Assembly: GCF_016433145.1 (NCBI RefSeq)
Contig: NC_058135.1
Span: forward strand, 198,454,857 to 198,518,856
Reading direction: 5' to 3'
Source of the DNA: Gracilinanus agilis
Taxonomy: Eukaryota
DNA length: 64,000 nt
The notes under the pieces were generated by a model. It did no database searches and was not told the DNA's origin. It saw only the letters and a program-made list of their open reading frames with translations. This document shows positions 14,104-26,000 of this stretch, piece by piece. Positions within the stretch are counted from its first letter, which is position 1, and each line of letters starts with the position of its first letter. The position numbers and the translations under genes are program-made.

Positions 14104-14596
14104 GTATAGGATAAATGAAGGCTGGAATTCAAATGTCAACTCTGCTAATTATTTCTCTGAGTACCAATTGACTTCCCATTCTGGCCCTTAGTTTCTATAT
14201 CTGTAAAATGAACTTAGATAGGCTGTTAGATTCTAACATCCTTTCTACTATAAATCCTAAGACTGTGTCTTTATATTTTATCAAATGGTACCTATTTTCA
14301 TTCATATTTTATATAATATTATGTGTAATAATGTACTATAGTATATTTCTTCCTACTAGGGTGATAATAATATCTCTACTAGTAATACTAAAGTTGTATT
14401 GGCTCAATGGATCCATGATAACATCAATCATGATACCAATTATACTACTTTCCTGCCTTCCTATCCTTAAATTTTTCATTTATATTTTTCCCTTATAAAA
14501 GATCTGCCTAGCTCAATCTGTCTAAGTTTTTTCATATTTTGTCAATACCAATCAATGAATTCATGATTCATATGAACATTCATAACCATTTACTAT

Positions 14597-15019
14597 TGTG
14601 TTATTTGGAATTTTGGGGGTTCCATTGAGAGGTATTTGAGACTCATTTGAGCCTTGGAATACTTAGATGTGTGACAGACTTCCTGTGGACGTTTGGGGGA
14701 CTTTGAAACTACATTTTCCATGATTCAATGGGTTTCCAGTTTCTGATGTGATGATGTGTACCAAGGTGGAGCGTGGCTTAAATTGGGAGGTCAGGCTTGG
14801 GACTCTCTCTTTTTTGGTACGTAGAAAAGTGAAGGAAGGTACGGAAGGTAAATGGTTGATGGCGGCAATCTGAAATGATCTTAGCCAGACCCGTGACCAT
14901 TTCTTTATTTTACCAAGATGGCCCTAATTAAAATATTACTTCTCCTTTTACTCTCAGTATCTATTTTTTTAAATTATTAAAATTATGGCAACCACGAAGG
15001 GATCGTATTAATTACTACA
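14597..15019 (+). mobile_element. Solo LTR of an endogenous retrovirus (probably ERV1 class)
   Basis: TG...CA termini (tgtgtt...actaca), 4-bp TSD CTAT at 14593-14596 and 15020-15023, TATA-like ttaaat, polyA-like aattaaa, about 8 retained CpGs in 423 bp; orientation inferred from these signals. Confidence 0.8.
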
Positions 15020-15490
15020 CTATATACCAAGCACTAAGTATTTAAGATATTTATTTTCAATATAACCAGGTCCTTCTCCAAATCTAATTGCCATCAGTGA
15101 TTTTTAATGCCACTTTAAGAAGACAAGTAATCACTTATACACTACCCTATATATACACTCATCATGCTTCTTTCAGTCATCTTTTAGGTTACCTAAATTT
15201 TTGTTTTTTCCATATTTATGGTATGGTATGATTTACAGCCATATAGTAACAACAGGGAATTTCTACCAGATGTGCTATGATTTGCAATCATACCAGTAAT
15301 ACCAGTGGCAAGATGTACTTTTGTGACAGAGAAAAAGTCAGACCAATCAAATGTCCTATTTATTTCCTAAATCCATTCTATGAGTTTCAGTTATAGACCA
15401 AAATTACTCTTCCACCGTTAATATTTGGCCAAGATCTCTATATTGATTACTTATTTGAATTCTTTGATTTCAGCTTCTGACTCTCTAGAC

Positions 15491-15680
15491 CAGTGGTTCC
15501 CAAACTTTTTTGGACTACCACCCCCTTTCCAGAAAAAATATTACTTAACCCCCTGGAAATTAATTTTTTAAATTTAATAGCAATTAATAGAAAAGATAAA
15601 TGCACCTATGGCCATCATCGACCCCTTGGATCACTGCAGCATTCAGCAGCGGGCAGTAGAGCCCACTTTGGGAATCATTG
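15491..15680. mobile_element. Non-autonomous hAT (Charlie-type) DNA transposon / MITE, 190 bp
   Basis: TIRs CAGTGGTTCCCAAA / TTTGGGAATCATTG; perfect 8-bp TSD CTCTAGAC at 15483-15490 and 15681-15688. Confidence 0.92.
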
Positions 15681-15849
15681 CTCTAGACTTTGCCATCATT
15701 CTTCTGCTGCCATCTTACCCTGGAATTTCCTTCAGTTAATGGTGTCTTCACCCTGGAAAATCCCTCTACTCTTATATCAACTTTCTACCATTTGTGAGTT
15801 TCACAAGGAACTTCCATTTTGAGGAAGGGTCAAGGCAGGTCAATCTTCA

Positions 15850-16600
15850 TTCCTCTCCTATATCTGCATTTGTCTCTCTGGACTTTGCTCCTGCATGAGG
15901 TAGGGAATGGAAGAAAGTATAGTCAGCAGAGAGAGGAAAAAGCTTCAGAAAGAACTAAAAGTCTGAGAGAATCAAGGTTAAGTCATAAAGAATAGGAAAA
16001 TATGAAATGAAAATAGATTGCAATAAGAAAAAGGAACTTTACAGTTTATGAACAGGGAAGTAGCACACTTGTGGGTAATGGCAAGATGAAGAGAATAGCC
16101 CATTTTGTGTAGATGAGATGAAATGGAAGAGTAAGTCAAGAGAAGGTTGTAGATTGATATAAGTTAAATTTTAAGTCAGAGTTTTGAGGAAATAGCAATA
16201 TAAATGTTAAAGTGCTCAAGTAAGATTCAAGGGAATGGGAAAGACAGAAAACCATGAGTCAGGCACTGAACTCACTGAATAATGCATGAGAATGCCCTAG
16301 GATTTATAGATAAGTCACCAGGTTCTTAACTGAGTGTCACATTTGGGTAGTAAAAACATTGAAAAAGCAGGGATTTCTTAGTAAAGTAGTAGATCAAGAG
16401 TCTGGAAATATCAGTGGGGAGCAAATGCATTCTGAATCCTACCGCATCAATGAGAGAAAATGTAGTCAGTACTAGAAAGAATGGCCAGGGAAGTAGAACC
16501 ATAAGAGAGAGTCATGTCTCTATAAAGGGTAGAAGATGGAAGAAGTAAGAAAGAAGTTTAAAATGAGAGGCAGTTTAAATGACTGTAAAGATGTGCTCAT
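15850..16600 (-). mobile_element. L2 LINE fragment(s)
   Basis: Long purine-rich GA stretch typical of antisense L2 ORF2; boundaries approximate. Confidence 0.5.
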
Positions 16601-17204
16601 TTGTGGAAAATTCTCTATAAAAACCTAAATGTTCCTTTATATTTTCACCAGGTATATCCCTTGGATGTATATAGATTGTTTTCATAATTTTTTCCTAGAA
16701 ATGTAAAAGTAAGTATATATATAAATTTTTTTCTGAAGAGGAAGAAGTAGGTAACAATGTTTTCTTTAAGACATATATGATTTTCATTCTTTTTGAGTCT
16801 TCTTTTTTTGAAAGAAGTTTGTAAACTGACCCCTGAGCAACTCAAAACTTGATGTCTCCAGGATTATTAATTTAGGATCATTAGCTTATTTAGAATAGAA
16901 TTTATAAACCAAACCTCTAATTATTTAGACGATGATACTGCTACTCCAAGAGAATAACAGATTTATGCTTATGGTTATATTAGTTCACTGCCCAAGTCTT
17001 CTGTCCCTAAATCGCACCCTCTCCCCCATATACACACACCATTACACACCATTTTCTTTCTATAAATGTTCAACCATCAGAAGTTTCTGGAAAAAGTTCT
17101 GATCTCTATTGGAAGAGAGAGTTCCTTGGTGTTAACTTCCTGTGTTCATAATATTTTATAAATTATTTTATATTTTAAATTGATTTTGCTCTTAGTTGCT
17201 ATAT

Positions 17205-17435
17205 TTCTCCACTGTTGTTTAGTTGTCTCTGACTCTTCGTTACCCCATGAGCCATAACCATACAGTACTGTACATGGAGTTTTATTGGCAAAGATAATAG
17301 AATGGTTTGCCTTTTTCTCCAGAGGCAAACAGAGGTTAAATGACTTGCCTGGGATCACAGAGCTAGTAAGTGTCTGAAACTGGATTAGAACTCAGCCCTT
17401 CCTGACTCCAGGTGTTGTGCTCTATCAAATGAGCC
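17205..17435 (-). mobile_element. MAR1-type SINE
   Basis: gactcttcgttaccccatg...ttggcaaagataatagaatggtttgcc...gaggcaaacagaggttaaatgacttgcc. Confidence 0.85.
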
Positions 17436-17659
17436 TATATTTCTCTACTTGGCACTAAGTCTTTGTCAGCCATAGTGCTTTCTGGGCACATTTAGCCATC
17501 TCCTTTTGGCAACTGACTTACATTTCTCAAATTTCTCTAAGTGAAAAGAAATCACAATGTAGAGTTATCTATATATTTTGTCATTTGTTTCCTATTTGAT
17601 AAGCTATAATCAATTTCATTTTGGGGGATATTATTTGGTGTGCACCCTTCTAAATTATT

Positions 17660-17860
17660 TTTTAAAAGAACCCTAACTTTCTATCTTAGAAGTGATACAA
17701 AGAATCAGTTCCAAGGCAGAAAAGTGGTATGGGATAGGTGATTGGGGTTAAGTAACTTGCCTATAGTCACACAGCAAAGAAATGTCTGAGGACATATTTG
17801 AACCCAGGCCCTCCCATTTCAAGGATGACCATCTATCCACTGAGCCACTTATTGCCACTA
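17660..17860 (-). mobile_element. Marsupial CORE-SINE (SINE1/SINE2_Mdo-like)
   Basis: ttttttaaaagaaccct tail, core ggggttaagtaacttgcc, head atccactgagccac. Confidence 0.8.
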
Positions 17861-18239
17861 CCTTGCTTTTTGAAGAAAGCAATCATAGAAATCACCCTAT
17901 CTGTCAATGTATTCAATATTAGATTAGGAAGGCATCAGTGGTATGCTGATAAATGTTTCATAAACTCATTTCTGGAAAACAATGTATCTATGACACATTT
18001 TAAATTTAGTCTATATTATTAAAACTTCCTTAAGTTTAGATAATCAACAAAACATCCTGTCCTTATTTATAGTATTTGAAAAATTTTAAGTTTAAATGTA
18101 CAGAATGAAAATTGAACAAGTATCTTTTAAGAGCTTGTTCAAGCTAGATACAGTTCAGGAATTTTTTGGTTTCATTATCTGGTCTCCCAGATCATCAGGC
18201 ATTTTATAATAACTCAAGAATTCAATTTCGTTTTATTCA

Positions 18240-18920
18240 TATTTTCTTCACATTACTGAGATTGTGTTTATTGTCCATTTGGTTCTGCTTATTACATACC
18301 ATCTCAATTCACATACATCTACCCATGTTCGTATGAATTCCTCATTTCTTCCTGCACATAATATGCCATTTCAATGACATGCCATTATTGTTTTTTAAAC
18401 CCTTGTACTTTGGTGTATTGTCTCATAGGTGGAAGAGTGGTAAGGGTGGGCAATGGGGGTCAAGTGACTTGCCCAGGGTCACACAGCTGGGAAGTGGCTG
18501 AGGCCGGGTTTGAACCTAGGACCTCCTGTCTCTAGGCCTGACTCTCACTCCACTGAGCTACCCAGCTGCCCCATGCCATTATTTTTTTAAGCAGTTCTCC
18601 TTTCATGGGCACCCATTCCCCTTTCCCCTTCACCAGATCTTTTGCTACTACAACTGTGTAGTAGTATGTATTTCTGTGTGTATAAACCTTTCTTTCTTTG
18701 GTTGACCTCCTTGGAATAAATGAGTTGGACTGATGGCTTGGTCAAGAGATATTGACAGTTTAATCATCTGTATTTCAAAATTACAAATTAACATCAAAGG
18801 CAGGCCAATTCACAGTTCTAGCAATAGTTCCTGTCTTCCTACAACCTCTCAAGCCTTTCCCTTTTTGTTGTCATTTCTGACAATTTGCAGTCTCTGATAT
18901 ATTTTTCAATTTCTTCCCTT
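18240..18920 (-). mobile_element. Old L1 fragment interrupted by a young SINE
   Basis: Antisense L1 ORF2 3' motifs (atgccattattttttttaagcagttctcc...ttttgctactaca, caattcacagttctagcaat); SINE at 18390-18571 inserted with a TSD. Confidence 0.65.
18390..18571 (-). mobile_element. Young SINE1_Mdo-type CORE-SINE
   Basis: About 98% identical (reverse complement) to 47902-48091; TSD catgccattatt at 18378-18389 and 18572-18583. Confidence 0.93.
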
Positions 18921-19829
18921 GTGCCCTCCTTCACATTGAAGCCACCAAATATCAATATGTGTTAATATAGTTCAGACATTTTTGTTAAGGCCTACACAGG
19001 ATTTCTCTACTCTGTAATACATGTTAGTATAAAACCTACAGTTATCCTTATGGTAGGTTTGGTTTTGTTTATTGCAAGGATTGCAATGAAATATGCCCAA
19101 GTGTACCATGAAATTGTGTTTCTTTTTGTTGCCTTCAGGTGCATGATGAAATCAAGTCTGCCAACTTCTTTAATTTTCTCTCTGAGGAGAAACTGTGCAT
19201 AGTCCTGCCATTTAGCTACATTTTTCTCCTTTCTTTTTTCAATTATCTGAATATAGGCTAGTTCTTCCAGTAGTGTATCAGCTCATTGCTTGCTAGAGAT
19301 TCTACTTTTTTAGTATCAACAGTAAATTAATGTTTGTAGCGGTTTTGATTTTTTCACTTTCTCTTCCCTTTTCCTCTCCTCCAGAATTGTCACTGTAGAA
19401 GATCATAACAGACTGAGGGCCATTTTGTTTTTTTTTTTCACCTGTTTAACAGGTCACCATAGTTGAAAATTCATTGCTCAAATGGGGTTGTGCCTTTATA
19501 TTTAGCCACGTTAGTTTCTGAACAACAGATAACTGGTTGGTGCTGGAATCATACAGGAAGCCTTTTTAATTTGATGGAAACTACAGGGCCTCCTATTTCA
19601 AGAGTCCAAATCACCTCCTTGGTTTGAGTTATCAGAATGGGCTTTCTGTGAAAGATGACACACAATTTTGAAGGGTATTTAAAAACTTATTTTTGTTGAA
19701 TTTTAATAGATTATTATCAAACTTATACCAATAACATAATAAAAATTCAAACAAAAGCCTTTCATACCTTTCTGTAGAAAAAGAATAATAGAAATATAGA
19801 GGAAATGTTGGTAGTCAAAAAACATATAT

Positions 19830-20110
19830 TAAACATTTCTTATTTCCTGGGGACTATGCTAAGTGTTGGGAAATAGAGTGCATGGTCTCTACCCCCAGAG
19901 AACTCACATTCTAGTGGAGGGAGCAAATGCAAACAACTATATTTTGCAAGATGTAAATGTAGATGAGAGATAATACTAGAAAGTATTAGTAGGGGGTGGG
20001 GATGCAGGTGTCTGGAAATCACCTATGAAAGGTAGGATTGAAGGTTCGTCTTAAAAGAAGCCAGGGAAGCTGGGAGACCTAGATGAGGGAGGAGATTATG
20101 AAGAATATTT
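19830..20110 (-). mobile_element. L2 3' end; continues after the insertions at ~20715-20880
   Basis: ggggactatgctaagtgttggg...agaactcacattctagtggaggg (antisense L2 tail); later ttgatcttcaaagtaacagggagccactgaag. Confidence 0.7.
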
Positions 20111-20132
20111 TAGAGAGCTCTATACATGTGCA

Positions 20133-20515
20133 GACTTCCTCATGCCCTTCATTCCCCCTCATCATCATCAACATGCTGTGCAAGCACCATGTGGAAACTG
20201 ACTAGATGACCTACATTTCCTTTAGACCATATGCTGGCAAGTTGGTAGCTATTGTGGATATTATTGATCAATACAAGGCTTTTGGTTGATGGTCCAAGCA
20301 GTAGTGTGAGGAGGCGACTATGTCATTTAATTGTATGCAACTTACAGATTTCATTTTCAAGTTCTCACATAATTCCCATCAGAAGTACATCTGGGCTATT
20401 TGGAAGAGAGAAGAGATCATCAAAATGGAAAGATAGAAGATGGGTCAAGAAGACTGAAGTCAGAGAGAGAGTTAGGGTAAAGGCATTAATTTGGGAGAAG
20501 GAAAGCCCAAGACAC
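20133..20515 (+). pseudogene. RPL14: Processed pseudogene of 60S ribosomal protein L14; 5' end present, 3' part missing
   Basis: From ATG 20173: [35 protein letters not shown], then after frameshifts LVDGP..[27 protein letters not shown]..W...W..RRWVKKTEVRER. This aligns with RPL14 [63 protein letters not shown]; intronless, with a stop and frameshifts. Confidence 0.95.
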
Positions 20516-20524
20516 TGGAAAGGA

Positions 20525-20712
20525 GAAAAGAAAAGAACAAGCATTTATTAAGCTCCTATTATATGCCATACATCTTGTTAATCATTTTAGAAATATTATT
20601 TCCTTTGATCCTTTTAACCACACCTGTGTGGTAGGTGCTATTATTATTCCTATATTATAGCAGAGAAAAGGGTCACTTAGCTGTAAAGGCCTGGGACTAG
20701 ATTTGAATTTAA
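20525..20712 (-). mobile_element. MIR-like/marsupial CORE-SINE
   Basis: aagcatttattaagctcctattatatgcca...tttgatcct...gtaggtgctattattattcc...atttgaattta. Confidence 0.7.
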
Positions 20713-22429
20713 AATTCTAAGAAAAGTGAAAAGGTAGGAAAGGGCCATGTTATAAGGGTTTTTTCAATGCCAAATAGAAAATTTTGTATTTGATCTTCAA
20801 AGTAACAGGGAGCCACTGAAGTTTACTAAGTAGGAAGTGAAGATGGCAGTATTTTGGAAACTCAGTGGAAGATGAATTGAAGAAAAGCTATGGGGAAACT
20901 GTTTGGACACTGAATAATTAATGAATATTTGATGAATGACTCTGTGATGGTTTAATATATAAAATGTGCTTCTTCTGGGGGTTTGTGTTTCTTTTTCAAG
21001 GAGGGAAGGAAGATAATCTCTTTGGGTCTCTATACTGTAAGTAATTCAGTAAAGGAAAGTGAAAATTGGGGGTTGGGAGAAGGTTAACACAATGGACACT
21101 GTGTTTCCTGGAAAGTGCATAGAACTGGGAATCTTTGTCACAAAGTAGTTGTATAGCTTTGGGTAAACTGATTGCCTCTCTGAATTTCTATTTCCTTAAC
21201 TCTAAAATAAAGTACATGGACTAGATTGTCCTTAAACCTCCAAAGCTAAAATGCGAACACACTTTTTCTAAGACAAGTAGTACCAGATCCAGAGGAATCC
21301 GGTATAAGGAATGACAAAACATCAACACTATTTTCAAACAAGCTAAGTGATCAATACGGGTGAGGTGGGACTAATGCTCTCAACTTCCTCTGCTATGCTG
21401 TTGTACCATAGAGTGGAAACCAATCCTGATGTGTTCCCCTGAATAAATTTCTTTTCAATAATAATAGAGAACCTAAGTCTAGGGAAGACAAAAAAGGAAT
21501 AAGATGGGTTCCTCAGAAATTAATGTATTTACATTTAAAAAGCTATGGCATCAACATGGTTAGCATAATATCATGTGAAAATGTGATTTTGATGCAAAAT
21601 AAGATATTTTATTTTAATTTCTTAGAAGTCTTTTTACCCTCAAAGGGATAAAATTGGTAATTTGTCATAGCCTATTAAATTAGTTTCCTAGAAATTGGGT
21701 AAAAAATTTCATTGAACTTTTATAGTTCAACAGCCTTAGGTAGAAAGAATCTAAATAGGGAGATACTAGTAACACAACAGTGGGTTCTTGGATGTGATGA
21801 CAGAGAAAGGAAGTAGAATAACTTCTGTGTACTGGAGAACATCTGGCTCTAGATCTCTGAAAGCTGCCAAATGAATTTTACATAAAATATCCCAAACAGG
21901 CATGAGAGCTCATGGGAGAAAGAGGTCAGAGGCAGGGGCACTGGTTGAAAGACATAATTTGGGGTGAGAAGTACCTGGATATGATGCTTTTCCACATATA
22001 AGCATAATGACATTTATCAACAGTAAACATTCCTCTAACACACTCCATAAAAGGGACTGACAAGATAACTGGGTAAAATATTCTGTAGTTAAAAAGCACC
22101 TGCTTTATCCTGTCAAGTTTACCTGCTAAGATGTTCATATTAATGCAAACTCCTGTACAACAGAAGGGATTTAATAATGAGATTGGCTGATTTTGTCAAA
22201 TATTAGAGATAAATACTATATACCTTCCTTAAAAATCAAGATGAAAGGATAAAATCATATAATGTTTAGAGCTCAAAAGGGTTTCTTAAATCAAATAATT
22301 CATCTCATGTCTATATTCTAATTTTTTGTATTTTTTTGGTTTAAATCATGAGTACATAAAGCAGAAGAGAATAAAAAAGAAAGCAAGTACAACCAGAAGG
22401 AACTAAAATCATTCATTTTCTCCTCATTT

Positions 22430-22575
22430 TAATTTTTTATATTTATTTTAAAATTTTAAGTTCTAAATTCTCTCCTTCCCTCTAGTTCCTCCCTAGCCAA
22501 CTGAGAAGGCAAGTAATATGACACCTATTATATCATGTAAGTAGTCATGAAAAATGTATTTCTATATTATTCACA
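22430..22575 (-). mobile_element. L1 3' UTR fragment
   Basis: aagttctaaattctctccttccctc...ctgagaaggcaagtaatatg, marsupial L1 3' end in antisense. Confidence 0.7.
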
Positions 22576-22710
22576 TTTTATTAGTACATTTTTACAGATG
22601 AGGAAACTGAGATGGAGACAGTTTAAGTGACTTGCCCAAGGTCACACATTTAGCAAATGTCTGAGTTAGAATTTGCATTCAGGTCTTCTTTATTCCAAGT
22701 TCAGCACTAT
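22576..22710 (-). mobile_element. MIR SINE
   Basis: tttacagatgaggaaactgag...aagtgacttgcccaaggtcacac. Confidence 0.85.
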
Positions 22711-22730
22711 CTGTCTCTGTCTCTCTATCT

Positions 22731-22734
<4 letters not shown>

Positions 22735-22791
<57 letters not shown>
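22735..22791. repeat. (CA)n microsatellite
   Basis: Direct reading. Confidence 0.98.
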
Positions 22792-22797
<6 letters not shown>

Positions 22798-22849
22798 GCA
22801 ACCTAGCTTAAAACTATGAAATGTTGTTAAAGGATATGTCTTTTTGTAG

Positions 22850-23090
22850 CCTGAAAAAGGACAGAATTTGGAGGTTAGATAGTAGTATTCACATATTCAG
22901 AAGTCATGTAGAAGGATTAAGTATTTTCTGCTTGATCCCAGGGGACAGAACTGGGAATAATGCAAGGAATCCATAGTGATGGAGAAATCTTTCTTCCCTC
23001 TAAGGAAAAACATAGGATCGATAATAGCTACTTCAAAGTGGAATAAACTGCCTCCAGATGTAGTGTATCGGAGACCAGATATTTGCTTAT
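22850..23090 (+). mobile_element. CR1/L3 (or MIR3) 3' fragment
   Basis: ccaggggacagaactgggaataatg...taaggaaaaac...caaagtggaataaactgcctc. Confidence 0.7.
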
Positions 23091-26000
23091 TCATGATGTC
23101 ATTAATGATATTTAAGGGATTAGGATAACTGAACATTAATTCTGAAATTTTTTGAAATGTCATTGCTCATTTTACTTGTAAAACTTTTAAATATAAAAAT
23201 CGCTAAATGGAATTGAATAGATCACTTTATTGTGCTATTTCTTATAATGAAAGTGAATTAGAATAAACTAATCCTTGAAAAGAAGTTAGAAAATATAAAT
23301 TTTTGGTGTTATTTATTTACTTAGTTATTAGGCCAGACATTCAAATTGGAGGGCATGGAATACAGACAAAATCTTTTTGACTTTGACTTGACATATATTG
23401 TAAGTGAAATGGGCATACTGCTTCCTACAAAGTTTTCTGAAATGGTAACATTGTGAACCTTATAAACCAAGATGACTTCTTACTACACTGGAGATTTAGA
23501 ACAAAAAATTTCAAACTGTGATATGCTATGATGATCTAGGAAATCTGTGCAAATAAAAAAAATACTCCTGAGAAATCTGAGAATAAAATTTCCTCATGTA
23601 ACTTCTTCCAATACAGTCGACTATTTCTTACAAAAACCTCTCATGCTGTTTTCTAACATTATTCTTATATTAATTTTCTTTAATAGAATTTTCTAGACAG
23701 AAGGCTATATAAGAACAAGGATATGAAAAAGGACATTAACTGAATAATTTTAAGAGGTCTGGTGGTATAAAAGACTATCATTCTTTTTTGTGTCTGTGTT
23801 AACTTTTTTCCTTCTAGAAACAGTATCTTCAAAGAAGAAGCTGAAAACTCTTGCAACACAGGCTCCCATGAAATAAGCTTGGTCCTATCACTATTTTAAG
23901 AAGTATAAAAGAATAAGCCAAATATACTTATTTCTCTGTAAGCTTTCACTGACAGAATTGACCTATTTTCTGAAGAGATAATGATTAGTTGAAATAGCAA
24001 CAAAAAAAAAAAAGAGTCAATCATCCCTCCAAAACCCATCTTTCTTTCAGGCTACACACTAATGGGAGAGATACAGGAAATACCATTTAACAAATGAGAA
24101 AAATTTAATGAACTTATAATAAAGAGAAAAATTGATATCCTAGAATAAAAAACAAATATCTTTCACCTAAAGCTGTCTGGCTAATCAACTAAATAGAAGT
24201 TTAACATAATTCAAATGTCAACATCCTTTCTACAAATTCTGGAATGCTTAAAACCACTTCTCTGAGAGATATTGTGGTGTTTTCCATACCTTCATTCCTT
24301 GGAATCTCATATATGAATTACTTGAATTAATTTTTGTTACTTCAATAATGAAATCACTATGATTTAGTATTCTGGTTGGCTCTAGAGAGTTAGTTGTTTC
24401 ACTGTACATTTCAGCAATCTCTGACAAATTCTTTTTTCCCTTTATTTAATTAAGACATTGTTGGCCTTCTCTTCTAAAAATAACCTTATAAAGTTAACTC
24501 AAGTATTTTTATTAATTTGAGAGCAATTTAATACAGAAAAATCTTTGCAACCCATTTTTAAATTTGGACTATATTTTGAAAGTTAATTTGTCTAAGTTTA
24601 TTTGGATGACAATATGTTCAATATTTTAATAATTCAAATAACTTCTTAGCTAAAAATGAAGTTGAATTACAAGAACCTGGAAAGTTACTTAATCTTTATT
24701 ATTCTTCCTCCAGCTCAATTTGTCAGTGTTTCCACTATATTCTAGCAATAGATGGTAGCACCTTTTAGGATAATTGCAAGGATAGTCCCTAAGAGATGTT
24801 AATTACCCTTCAAATAATTTAGACATAATCACTTTATCACAAAGTAACCCTAGTAAGCCTGATTCTGAAGGTAGTACATTTCCAATTTCCTGTCATTTCA
24901 GCTCTTAGGCATAGCTGATAGAGGAGTTTTCAAGTATTCAGAGTCAGTTTTAAGGTATCACAATGGCATAGGTAGACCCCTACCTTAAAACGAGAAGAGA
25001 TTATTTGAAAGGCAGCACTAATCTATACACTATAGTTTCTTAAAAAGATCTAATTTAGTTCTTTTGCCTCATTAATCAATTTACCCAAAACATTCTAGCT
25101 TTAAGAAACAGTTAAACCAAATCATCTACTATCGGTCCTATTGGAAATAGTATTTTCTTTCTTTTTTTGAGGATAATGTCATGTAGAAGATCCATTTTAG
25201 ATTGATGGGTTTGAATGAATGCTTAACAGAGTAATCTTCAAAATTATTTTGATACTTAAATGTGTAGATTAGTGATTTCTAAGCCCATAGGAGTTTTGGT
25301 ATCCTAGCTAAAAAGATAACCTTTTTGTCTTCTAAAAGTTTAGCATCATACACTTTTAAAAACCAAAGCAATAAATTAAAAAGTTAATTTGTTTAGAGAA
25401 TTAAAAAATCTTGTAACAACCATGAAGAGGAATGCCGATATCTCCTTGCTCATAAAATAGCAGAATCTGATCCTCTTGATAGATGTATTGGAATGAAATA
25501 CATCTACGGTTTTTCTCAAAATACTCTATAAAAGACCACACTAATATGTAAAAAGATGCTATAGAGAATTAGAAAAATAAATTGAGGAAATAGCTGGTTA
25601 AATCATTAAGGATGGCAATTAGACGAAAAGACTTTCCAGCTAGGCGCTAAAGAAAATTATAGGGTAAACTGATAAAAGATTATTGCCCATTTCTCAAGTA
25701 ATAGAGCAAATGCTTGAAAGAAAGGACATATTTCATGTTGTCTTCTTCTAATTTAGCAACGACAAAGTTTGCCCATTCAGAAAACTTTGTTTTCTCTTCA
25801 CCTTCATGGGATTGAAGTGGTATACAAATGATTCCATTATCCTGAAATAAAAAGTATTTTACCTTTGAATTATTTGAGCAACTGATGAAAAGGAATGTCT
25901 CTACTTGCTTATTTGCAAATATATAGAGTAGTGTGCATACAGTTTTTCTGTAAACACATTATTTCATTTTTTTAAACTATGCATTGGGCATAGATTTTCT

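Noticed and set aside
15493-15822. 109-aa ORF starting in the MITE TIR
   Set aside because: Chance ORF across a non-autonomous transposon with no transposase motifs
20252-20551. 99-aa ORF as a functional gene
   Set aside because: A frameshift mosaic of the RPL14 pseudogene running into flanking repeat; the true RPL14 frame has a stop and indels
21335-21435. Possible C/D-box snoRNA (TGAT...CTGA)
   Set aside because: Box C is non-canonical, there is no terminal stem and no recognisable guide
23819-23937. Plus-strand exon-like segment (…TVSSKKKLKTLATQAPMK*)
   Set aside because: All frames close, and it cannot be chained to other plus-strand candidates (26841, 39887, 61219)
25863-25947. 85-nt minus-strand exon-like segment with one open frame
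   Set aside because: Acceptor lacks a real pyrimidine tract; peptide unrecognised
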